This document shows positions 25,001 through 36,200 of a DNA stretch of 64,000 bases, piece by piece. Under the pieces are notes generated by a model. It worked only from the letters and a program-made list of their open reading frames with translations. It ran no database searches and was not told the origin of the DNA. The position numbers and the translations under genes were made by a program. Source of the stretch: Pecten maximus (Eukaryota); NCBI RefSeq assembly GCF_902652985.1, contig NC_047032.1:13950001-14014000 (forward strand), in the 5' to 3' direction. Each line of letters begins with the position of its first letter. Positions within the stretch are counted from its first letter, which is position 1.

Positions 25001-26733
25001 GCCTTAGTTTGTAAGCCTCCAGGGATGAGCAAATGCATTTTCGGAATTTACAGTAATTCGTTTGATCTCCAAATGTCGATTTTGTAAAATTAACTGATTT
25101 GTATTAGTATTGAATCCTACAAAGACGAAACTGTTAATTGATGCATTTTGGATATGTTTCTTAATTAATCTTTAAATGTGTTTAATTTATACGTATGTGT
25201 CTTGTACCAAGATTTTTTTTCTATATATATGTACATAATATGACCATGCTTTCACTTGCAGGATCTCCAAGGAGAGTACCCCGTCAGTGGCCTTGTCAGA
25301 GACGAACGCTGTATATGAAATTCAGAGATCTGGGATGGCAGGTAAGTTCTTTTACTGTTTACTATTAACATGCTTTTGTTACATTTCCAATTGTTTTTTT
25401 TTGCGTCAATATTGAATATTGATATTTCTTTGGGTAATTAAAGATATAACATTACACTTGAAAGCCTTGGGGAATGAGGAAGTATACTGTATATTTTGAG
25501 ATTAAATCCAGACCCATTAGTTCATTTATTTGATTACCAAGGGTAATTTGATAAAATTATTGATTTTGAGCCGGACAGGCAATTAAAGGCTAGGTCGTAT
25601 TCACAGTCGTGCAAATTTTCTATTGCATAAGAAATGATTCATCTTTCTATCATGTCATGCAAGGGATGTCCACCTTTGTATTTAGCACAGGGATTTGACA
25701 CAATTTCAAACCCTTCAGTCCGTATATATATGTTATAAATGTATTTCAATATATATAGGGAATTTGAGGTTGGGGACTTGTATCTAGTCCCTGTGATGTT
25801 TAGAGGAAATTGTCAGTTTTGAACCTTACTGGCCAGTGTCATTGCAATGGGATTCAAATGTGGGAATTATTTTTTTTACTGCAACGATTTCTCTTTCTAA
25901 CATCGTGATCAAGATGGGATAAGAATGTTGAACATAGTTTAGAAGAACAATATGTTTCTAATTGTTTAGCTTTAGAAATAATTTTGATTAGAAAATTAAA
26001 ATTTTTGGGGGATAATACACGTGTGATACCCAGCGTTTTAATTTCTCAGAACGGAAATAGCATGCAATAAAAATGTTAAATCTAAATTACCTAGTAACTA
26101 AAACATCTCCGCAAAAGTGGGTCTTTTTTGCTTTAATTTGTAACCATTTCAATTCGGTTTTCAAAGCAATTTTTCTAACAGTCCTGATCAAGCATTTTGA
26201 TTGCCCTGATTTTTCCGATATGGAAAGGGATTTATCTCGACATAGAATACTTATTGGTTGCTGTTCTTCAAAGAGCTAGTGTTATAATTTAAACTGGGTT
26301 ATAGATTAGAAGTCAAATCCATAGCTGGTTTAATAAGCACTCTTAAACGTGTATCAAAACACACCGGTACATACATTTTTTCTTAACTTTCTCCATAGAT
26401 CAATATGTGTTAATTTATTGACATAACGGGAGAAAATTATTCACTAACAGACATGTTTATTTATTGTTGTAGAACTGGATTATCGCCCCAGATGGATTTA
26501 AGGCCTTTTACTGTGACGGAGAATGTTCGTTCCCGTTGGGGGCCCATATGAACGCAACCAATCACGCTATTATACAAACACTTGTGCACCTGATGACGCC
26601 ATATAAAGCCCCAAGCCCCGGATGTGCTCCAACCAAACTCGGCTCCCAATCCGTGCTGTATTTTGATCATAATTATAATGTAGTTTTAAAACGTTTCCCT
26701 GATATGATCGTTAAGGCATGCGGTTGCCATTAG
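11901..26733 (+). CDS. BMP7: Bone morphogenetic protein 5-8/BMP7 (gbb/60A class) precursor, 423 aa
   Basis: Exons 11901-12291, 18350-18533, 21931-22082, 24520-24723, 25262-25341 and 26473-26733 (1272 nt; phases 1,2,1,1,0 consistent). Kozak ACCATGG and a signal peptide; prodomain motifs [56 protein letters not shown]; RXXR sites (RKTR, RVPR); mature domain [56 protein letters not shown]...KACGCH. Confidence 0.95.
17434..17522. mobile_element. Palindromic MITE-like hairpin, family A
   Basis: TAGCCCCAGTTTCATCTGGCCCTGACACCATG...CATGGTGTCGGGGCCAGAGGAAACTCGGGCTA, an 89-bp imperfect palindrome centred on GGGCCC. Relatives at 18575-18642 and 32679-32725. Confidence 0.8.
17645..17720 (+). mobile_element. 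tRNA-derived SINE head fragment
   Basis: A-box-like TGGCTCAGGAGATAGAGC and B-box-like GGGTTCGAT at tRNA spacing; does not fold into a full cloverleaf. Confidence 0.45.
18575..18642. mobile_element. Palindromic MITE family A, internally deleted copy
   Basis: TAGCCCGAGTTTCCTCTGGCCCTGTCACCATG...CATGGTGTCAGGGCTAGAGGAAACTCGGG. Confidence 0.75.
20463..20882 (+). mobile_element. Complete TRIM (miniature non-autonomous LTR retrotransposon) with tRNA-like sequence in each LTR (Helenus-like)
   Basis: LTR1 20463-20621 (TGTAAC...GTTACA), PBS TGGCGCCCATGTAGGGAC 20623-20640, PPT GGAGGGGGAG 20716-20725, LTR2 20728-20882, 4-bp TSD AATA on both sides. Each LTR has Pol III A-box-like and B-box (GGTTCRATCCC) motifs. 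Confidence 0.9.
23472..23971 (+). mobile_element. Solo-LTR-like relative of the TRIM with six tandem 66-bp tRNA-like cassettes (23553-23948)
   Basis: TGTA...TTACA ends. Units start at 23553, 23619, 23685, 23751, 23817 and 23883 (TTACTCAGTCTCGGTAGAGTGTTAGTCTAGTAAGCCAGGGGTACCTGGTTCGATCCCTAGCAGAGG). Flanks are homologous to the TRIM LTR. Confidence 0.75.
25686..25795. mobile_element. ~110-bp MITE family B (CACAGGG...CCCTGTG TIRs)
   Basis: Terminal inverted repeats and an AT-rich centre. Relatives at 28417-28523 and (partial) ~22118-22210. Confidence 0.7.
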
Positions 26734-28416
26734 CCAATGGAAAGTGCTGTTTATGTCTCCGTTGGTTTAATTGGTGTTCATTAGATGACATTTGCGAGCC
26801 AATAACAAACGTTCTGGTTACGTCATGTGACTACCATTGACTAATGAAAACTATATGTCTCGTGACCAATGCAATAACTGACGGTCTGTAGACTGTAACT
26901 GCTAGAAATCATGTGATGTTTGAACTGACCAATCAAATTTTGCTGTATTTGTCGTCGGAGTTTCAATATTGGAGTATTTCGATCGGAAATGAAACAAAGC
27001 TATTGGGTTCACGTCCGTAATCACGTAATGACTATGATTTCTATAAATGACTCTTTTTGTAACAATTCAGCGTCCTCATCAACAGTGTTAGTGATTTTTT
27101 GTACAGACAGAGTGGACATACATTTTGGTTGTCTGCCCTTGGCTGTTGATGGCTAGTGTTTAGAGCCAAGTTTAGCCAATTTGTGGAAGGAACACTCGTA
27201 ATTGGACAAGAAAGTACCTAGTGAAACGGGAATTTGCCATTGGAACAATGTACCCTCATTTCATGTCGACCAGTTTCTAAGGCCAAACATGGAATGGCGT
27301 CATTCTTCCGTGTGATTTCCGTTAATTGAATGTACTTCGAATACGTGTAAATACACAATTGTATGCTGATGTTCAGTGATGTGCTCGTACAACAAATGTC
27401 TTTGAGCTTTTGAATGATATCTGTGTTGTTGGGATGAGCTTGTTTGGATATTGACTAAACAAATCAAATTCATTCAGGCCGATTTTCTAGAGTATATTAA
27501 ATGCGCAACGGTTACTCCCTAGATAGTTGAAGCACAGATCCCTTTTCCTTACACGTTGGTATATATATATGTTAACAAGAATGTTAGGATCTGATTGAAA
27601 TACTTTGTATGTGATGAAAACTATGCAATAACGAAATATGTTAATGAACAGGTTCAAAACATACCAAGTTGCATGCAACATATTAATTTCGCATTTTGAA
27701 ATGTTGGTTTTGAAAATATTTGGATCCGATACCTATGCATCATATTCTTTTGTTTACCCTTGGATATCCAAAGAACTAAACAATAGGAATATTTTAGATT
27801 TTGGGTTTTGACCGGAATAACATGACACTGTAGAATTAATGTTGGTAAATGTTATCGGTCTTCGCAAATGATCTGTTCTGATCTCCATCGTATTATAATG
27901 ACGCACTCGCCATCAAACGCAACTTCATCAATAGATTCTGACAAGGAACGGACCATGCTTTAAAATCAACAATTGTGCACGTGCACAGACTATAAACATG
28001 CCAAATTCACGTGAGTTAATGACCCGTCCATGTTATGATATACAAACCCCGGCGGGCTTCTCATTTCAGTCATGCGAGGTTTTGTCAGCTTGTAACTTAC
28101 TTTTGTAGCTTATAAAGAAAACAATTTGTTTGGTAAATATTTTTGAATATTGACATAGAAACAATTTAGCTTTAGGAAAAGATATATTTACCTGTACCAG
28201 TTACAGAAATGGATGCGAGCATTTTAAAATATACCAAAGCAAAAGCTTTAATTTTCGCAGTAAGCTGTTCATTCATAAAACAAACATGTCCTTTCAGCAT
28301 GAGATAACACTAGAATGATAACAATGCTTCCTTGTTTACAATTCTTGCAGTCTAGCTCTTTAAAAGCTTCGGCAATACTACAGTGACGTCACTGTCACTG
28401 ACGTCTTTGTTCAAAG

Positions 28417-28523
28417 GCACAGGGACTTTGTACGGATTCCCAATCTACTGTCCATATATGTATATCATATATATATATATATGTATGAACAGTGGACTGG
28501 GAATTCATGTCAAGCCCCTGTGC
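28417..28523. mobile_element. MITE family B copy in the probable BMP 3' UTR
   Basis: GCACAGGG...CCCTGTGC termini, (TA)n core, similar to 25686-25795. Confidence 0.7.
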
Positions 28524-29409
28524 TTGTAAAGTTGCTAAGTCTCAACCAACCGGTAGATCATCTGATACCTTTGAATGCCTGTCAGTCATGCTCATCTCTT
28601 CTAATTTTGAACGTGAACTATCACCGTTTAGTTCAGACAGGGAACGTACATGTGTATGACCCTGGTTCAGATGATAAAATCCATACCTATCAGATTTTGA
28701 ACCGAGCAATCATTATCTAATCGATCATATTCAACCATTGTACCGGTCATTTAAATTTCCCGCCAAAAAGTCATCCAGCCCACCATACACAAGGAACTGC
28801 ATGTTTGTACATTTATATTTCCCAATCAGGCCAGTCCATTAACAAATAATAGGGGGGAAATATATGTTATATTAGAATATTTTATGTTGAGCGCAGTTTA
28901 AGTTCATCTCGTTAACGATGAGTACAGAGTGAATGGATATGGAATAAGGTTAGCCATTACCGGAAACCCACGAGACAGCTGTCGTTTGACTTTCTGCCCA
29001 TGTCGTTTTGTCGTTTTGTCACGACAAGACGCACACGACAAGGAAAACGACAAGAGCATACTCTAGTCTCGTTTCGTTTCAGGCGATGATGGTATGGGAA
29101 TTACTGTATCCTCATTTCTGAAAGAAACAGTTAAAAAGTATCATTTGTAAAATAGTTCAAACTATGATGCTATGATCAAATATAATTCTCAATTTGTAAA
29201 GAGAGACGAAAAAGATGTATATATTTATTTTTTCTAATATTATGAATTAACAAATATTTTTGACTGCATGTTTGTATGTTCGTTCTTGAATAAAGTGCTA
29301 CTATTATATGACACAAATATGTTTTCGTCTGTTCTGCCTGTTTCTCACTCAAATAACTAGAGAGAATTTACTGAACCCGCCTAGGGCATACATGTAATTG
29401 TTAGTCATA

Positions 29410-29622
29410 ATTGGTTGGTTGGCGCAATATTGCCTTTTACCGTAGGCGGGCGGGTTCAATTCCCCGATTGATGTGAAAAGCTATGGGGGTCACTTCCCGG
29501 GCTACTTGGATTTTCTCCGGTTCTCTCGTACATCAAGATTTCTCTCGCGCTTCCATACCGGCCCTACTAGAGTAATTAGAATAGTTTGATGTACCTTTTG
29601 TGCAACTGTTGTAAAATAAAGT
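29410..29622 (+). mobile_element. tRNA-headed SINE, degenerate
   Basis: B-box GGGTTCAATTCCC, core-like GGATTTTCTCCGG, ends in AAAATAAAG. Confidence 0.55.
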
Positions 29623-29663
29623 TCTCTGAACATGCTATACATAAAATGTATGGCACCTCTTGT

Positions 29664-29870
29664 AAGCCTTATGGATGGAACCTTTTAAATCGTGAGCATT
29701 ATGGGTTAGAACCATTCAAATAGTGCGCCATGTGAATGGAACCAATCAAATCTTGAGCATTATGGGGTGGAACCAATCAATTCGTGAGCCTTATGGATGG
29801 AACCAATCAAATCGCGAGCCTTATATGTGTAACCAATCAAATCGTGAGCCTTATATTTGTAAACAATTAA
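29664..29870 (+). repeat. ~30-bp tandem repeat (~7 copies), four copies with an intact CCAAT box, upstream of the transporter gene
   Basis: Unit AACCAATCAAATCGTGAGCCTTATGGATGG; a CRE-like TGACGTCA lies at 30009-30016. Confidence 0.8.
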
Positions 29871-30246
29871 TTGGAGCCTCTTATATTCTGTGATGCGTTC
29901 CAATGGGAAATATTTCAAGTTCAGAAATTTCCTCAAGTAAGAAGGGTTGATGAAACCGGGACCAGGAAAATAATTACATACCGATTTGCATGTAGTTTAC
30001 ATTCAGTATGACGTCACCTAGAGTTCGATTGGTGGGTCATATACATTACATACACAACAGATCATAACAGTTATCTGAATCCGGCACGAAGATTATCTCG
30101 GAGATAACCCGGCCATGTGACGATGTACCACTACAGTCGTGTGTGTCATGGGATTGGTTATATATAGGTGAAGCATATACTTTGTATATTGAATATTATA
30201 AAGTTTTAACATGGGATATATATACAGATAACCTATTTATCACGGA

Positions 30247-33200
30247 ATGCAATCACTCGGTCTATCAATGGCGATGAGCTTGGAGGATCCAATAGAGCGG
30301 CGGGTAAGTTAAGAATATGTTTATAATTTGCATTCATATATGTGTAATAGCATCTTCATATAAATTTCCCTAATATATAAAATAAAACCCAATGCAGTTT
30401 TCAGCGTTAAGCCCGCGGATCACACAGTGTTATGTCTTGTTATTGTGTTTACATTAGTATGCACCTGATTACCGTACACGATATACAAATGTGTATTCTA
30501 AGTAGCTCTGCTGATATATTGATAATGTGTCTACATCCCATTGCGTTCATACCACAGTAAATACAATAAAAACAGAGTTCAATAGCCATATTCACACAAT
30601 ATTTATTTTATTGATATAATTGGATTTTGTCAGATGCTAAATGGAGCAGCTATTACAGTTTGAAGCGAATGACATTTTGATTCCAACACCCGGATTACTA
30701 AAGAGATCTATATGTTCGATGGTGCTGATGTTAAAACGATGTTTGATAACATTTCGGAGATATATCTAGTGTTGATTTTGTGAGATTCCCTATATCGAAA
30801 CGTACCAACGCCCAGGAGACGGATTATTACTCGTCACAGGGACTTGGCACGAAGTTCGAACCCAAGGAGAGGCATATGCAATGCCCTTCACTTTTATAAG
30901 TAAACTTACCGACATAACGTCTTTTGCTTATTTTCTGCGAAACCACGATGGATGGATTCCTTCGTTTATATAGAGAAATCTCGATACGATGCCTTTTGAT
31001 GCGCCTTTGTTTATATACAGTAAAATCTGTATACATTTCCCCTTGTTTATATCTTTCATAATAAAATCTCGATACAATGCCCTTAAAATCGTGATATACT
31101 GTCCCTCGTTTACACATTAAAACCTCGATATAATAACACTTCACTTACCTTTGTTTATACTTTGTAAAAACTTGCTATAATGTCCCTTGTTTATATTACT
31201 CGTAGCAAAACTTCGATATAATGCCCTTTGATGGGCCCTTTGCTAATATACAGTAAAACCTTGATATATTGTCCATTGGATACATAGTAAAATACCGATA
31301 TAATGCCCTTTAACGGGCCCTTTGCTAATATACAAAAATAAAATGTACAGCAAAACCTTGATATATTGTCCCTCGGATACATAATAAAATACCAATATAA
31401 TGCCCTTTGACGGGCCCTTTGCTAATATACAGCAAAACCTTGATATATTGTCCCTCGGATACATAATAAAATACCAATATAATGCCCATTGACGGGCCCT
31501 TTGCTAATATACAGCAAAACCTTGATATATTGTCCCTCGGATACATAGTAAAATACCGATATAATGCCCTTTGACGCGCCCTTTGCTAATATACAGCAAA
31601 ACCTTGATATATTGTCCCTCGGATACATAGTAAAATACCAATATAATGCCCTTTGACGGGCCCTTTGCTAATATACAGCAAAACCTTGATATATTGTCCC
31701 TCGGATACATAGTAAAATATCGATATAATGCCCTTTTGACGTGCATTTGTTTATACAGAGTAAACTCTTGCTATATTGCCTTTGTTTACATAAGGAAACT
31801 TTATATAGATTACCCCTCGTGTATATACGTTAAAACACAAAACACTGTTGTTTACTGTTTTAAATATGCGACGTTAAATACAAATTCGTGTATCTTGTAT
31901 CTTGTAAAGACACCGATGTATGAACCAATCGCACATAAGAATATCTGCCAATATACTAGTAATAACAGTTAAAATCAGAGTTAAATGTCCCGATTCAGAA
32001 GTACTTAAAATATCATACATGCTCATATGATGAAACTTATTCCTAAAGGGGAACAACTCTTGCGATCATAGACAAAATTATTTAATACACTGCCATGTAG
32101 CGTAAGTTTCACAGGGGAATTTAAAAAAAAAAAAATTTCAAAATGATTTCAAATTTAAATGTTGGCATTTGTGTTTGATTATTTCTTTTTAAAATGCTTA
32201 TAATGACTGATAAGGCATTTATGAGGAATCTTAGGTTCTTTCCTCTAAATTAAAGATTACGAATTATTTGGAACAACAGTTTCGACAGTTAAAATTTCCT
32301 GATGGTCGTAATAAATACCAACAGCATGTCACAATCATATTTAAGAATGTATTTTGGAGTGTATTTCTAGTGTGCAGTTTATCAATGTTTATAACAGAAT
32401 GAGAAATAGATGGCATTCATGACTGTTATAACTGCCGTCTTGATTTTCAGGAGAAGGAGGACCAGGCTACGCCACGATTCAGTACTAAGTTGGGGCTTAT
32501 ATGTTCCTGTCTTGGGTGTGTGGTTGGTACTGGGAATATCTGGCGCTTCCCTAGAATTGTCGCTAACAACAGTGAAAACGAGGGTAAGTGCCAGTTTTGC
32601 AACGTCACTAATTAATTCCCTGGTAAGATTATATTTTAAAACACGACCGAATATGTTCAATCACATCAACATGAGAGTTAGACCCAGTTTCCTCTGACCC
32701 TGTCACCATGTCTGGTGTAGGACCAGAGAGCACTACTATATAAAAACGTGGAATTCTCCGACACCGATTTTGGTGTCGCTAATTCTGTGCTAATAATAAA
32801 ATCGGGTGTGACATAACACCTACCTTACATATACCATGTATGGATAAATGAGATATTTATTTACCCCCAAACACCCATTTAGTCCCAAATCGATGCTCTA
32901 TTCCGTCGGTATAGATCCTCGCATTACGCTGGTCGAAATTTCACAAATGTCAATTTTGAATACTAATTAGCTTCTTTTTCATATGGGTCATATCGCTGCG
33001 CCTATTTTGCATATGTTGTATGTGTATACAGATGACAAAACAATACTGCCATTGCCCACTGAATAACTATTGTGGTAGAAACAGGTCACACGACTCTTGG
33101 TTAGTGGATATGGAATTTGTTACACTCTCGTTTAGTATTTTTTTAAAGTTACAAAAGACACTCGCAAAGCTCTTTTGTAACTTTAAAAAAATAATAAACT

Positions 33201-36200
33201 CGAGTGAAATAAATTCCATATCCAAGAACTACTCGTTGTGTAACCTCTATATCTAGGACAAACGTGTACATGTATATATGTAATAAGAATATCGGGACGT
33301 CATCAAAAAGTATGGCCACAAAATAAGTATAAGGCATCACATAATTATCTCTGCAGAGAAAAAACATACTGCCCGAGTCGAAAGTCTTCTTTATATAGAC
33401 AGTGATAGAAAGATTTTCTTATATTTTCATAAATATAAATTATGTGATATACAGAATCTTATATATGGAATTCGTTCAATAATGGAGGTTCGTGGCATAT
33501 CAAATAATTGAACTCGTTTATTTCAATAAACATAACCCAGATATATAAGGTAGCTGAAACGTTTCCGTATTTTTCTCTTTTCTAGGTGGGCTTGTTTTTC
33601 TGATAGTATGGATGGCATTCCTTTTCCTATGGTCCAGCCCTATGCTGCTTATCGAGTATGGAACTGGACGCTACACCAAAAAGGCCATTATTGGATCCTT
33701 CCGCAAAATACTCGGTGATAAGGCCGCTTGGTGTGGCGCATGGATATCAATGGTGACATTTCTCATCTCGTAAGTACAAAAAGATATCTCCTCTTCGATG
33801 GATTATATTGTGCGGGAATGAATTATGTCTTGTATGCTAATTTTGGTTTACAGATATTACTATTTCGTTGTCATTGACTGTTGTTTATAACAGTTTGTTG
33901 TTTACAGATGCTACTTTTCCGTTGTCATTGACTGTCGTTTATAACCGTTTGTTGTTTATATATTTCACTACTCAATTCCGTGTCCTGGGCTGTTGTTTAT
34001 AACCGTTTGTTGTTAACAGATGTTACTATTCCGTTGTCCTGGGCTGTTGGTTATAACTGTTTGTTGTTTATAGATGTTACTATTCCGTTGTCATCGGCTG
34101 TTGTTAACAGATGTTACTTTTCCGTTGCCCTGGGCTGTTGTTTATAACAGTTTGTTGTTTACATATATTACTATTCCGTTGTCCTGGGATGTTGTTTATA
34201 ACAGTTTGTTGTTTACAGATGCTACTATTCCGTTGTCATTGACTGTTGTTTACAGATGTTACTATTCCGTTGTCCTGGGCTGTTGCTTATAACAGTTTAT
34301 TGTATATAGATATTACGCTTCCGTTGTCCTGGGCTGTTGGTAATAACCGTTTGTTGTTTATATATGTTACTTTTCCGTTGTCCTGACCTGTTGTTTATAA
34401 CCGTTTGTTGTTTACAGATATTACTATTCCGTTGTCCTGGGCTGTTGTTTATAACAGTTTGTTGTTTACAGATGCTACTTTGCCGTTGTCCTGGGCTGTT
34501 GTTTATAACAGTTTGTTGTTTACATATATCATTATTCCGTTGTCATTGGCTGTTGTTTACATATATTACTATTCCGTTGTCCTGGGCTGTTGTTTATAAC
34601 CGTTTGTTGTTTAAAGATGTTACTATTCTGTTGCCCTGACCTGTTGTTTATAACTGTTTTTTGTTTATAGATATTATTATTCCGTTGTCCTTGACTGTTG
34701 TTTACAGATATTACTTTTCCGTTGTCATTGACTGTTGTTTACATATATTACTATTCCGTTGTCCTGGGCTGTTGTTTATAACCGTTTGTTGTTTAAAGAT
34801 GTTACTATTCTATTGCCCTGACCTGTTGTTTATAACTGTTTTTTGTTTATAGATATTACTATTCCGTTGTCCTTGACTGTTGTTTACATATATTACTTTT
34901 CCGTTGGCATTGGCTGTTGTTTACATATATTACTATTCCGTTGTCCTGGGCTGTTGTTTATAACCGTTTGTTGTTTAAAGATGTTACTATTCTATTGCCC
35001 TGACCTGTTGTTTACAGATATTACTTTTCCGTTGGCATTGGCTGTTGTTTATAGATGTTGCTATTCCAATGTCCTGGGCTGTTGTTTATAACTGATTTTT
35101 GTTTACATATATTACTATTCCGTTGTCCAGGGCTGTTGTTTATAATAGCTTGTTGTTTATAGATATTACTATTCCGTTGTCCTGACCTGTTGTTTATAAC
35201 CGTTTGTTGTTTATAGATATTACTATTCCGTTGCCCTGACCTGTTGTTTATAACTGTTTGTTGTTTATAGATGTTAATTTTCCATTGTCCTGACCTGTTG
35301 TTTATAACCGTTTGCTGTTTACAGATGTTACTATTCCGTTGTCCTGGGCTGGTGTTTTTATTATGTTTATTACTGCATCGCACATGAACTACCAAGTGAA
35401 GAGCCTGACAGCACAAAAATATTCAAAGACTTTGCAGAAGTAAGTAATCCTTTTCATCTATTCTTAATTTAAAAAATATATATCAATAATTTTATAATTT
35501 GATGTAACGTCAAAACCATATCACGTCATTCTTATGTTTCATAAGTGATTTGTCATCGGGTCGCACTTAACGCCGTTAATGAAAAATGGCTTTCATATTG
35601 GAACTTGACATGATGATTATTTAAAAATAACGCCTAAGGCATTTATTATTAAACCATTCAGTCACTGCAGTCAATATCACTCGGAATCGGGGATACGTTT
35701 TTGCCGTCTATGTCTTAGGTAACGCACCGCATGTTTTTTTATAGGACAGTTATTGGCCCATTCTCACTCACGCACTGGCTTTATTGGCGGCGGGCTCAGC
35801 TGTGATCAAGGGCGTGAAAACGTTTGAGAAAGTCAATATGGTGCTTGTTCCGGTCCTTCTGGTGATAATATTATTTACATTTATTTGGTCTCTGACGAGG
35901 GAGTATGCGGATTACGGAATTAAATTTCTTTTCACTCCGGATTGGGGTAAGGAGAAAAAGTCAAATTTAAAGCACAATCTAGTCATTTTGAGAAATTGAT
36001 TTTAAATGAAAACGACATTTTTTTAGTAATAAAATATTAAAATATCCGCTTAAATATGAGTAATAAGTACTTAACAGGTTTTTTTTTAAAAATCGCCATT
36101 GAAACATGTCTTCTCTCTTTGAAAGAATCTTTCGGAAAGCCTCGACTTTGGGTGGACGCGATCAGCCAGAACGCATTTGACACCGGCGCTGGTATGGGCC

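Noticed and set aside
30827-31972. MYPRDNISRFCC repeated ORFs
   Set aside because: Translations of the 82-bp minisatellite.
34074-35416. Cys/Leu-rich ORFs in transporter intron 3
   Set aside because: Translations of the junction-derived minisatellite; only 35325-35439 fits the gene.
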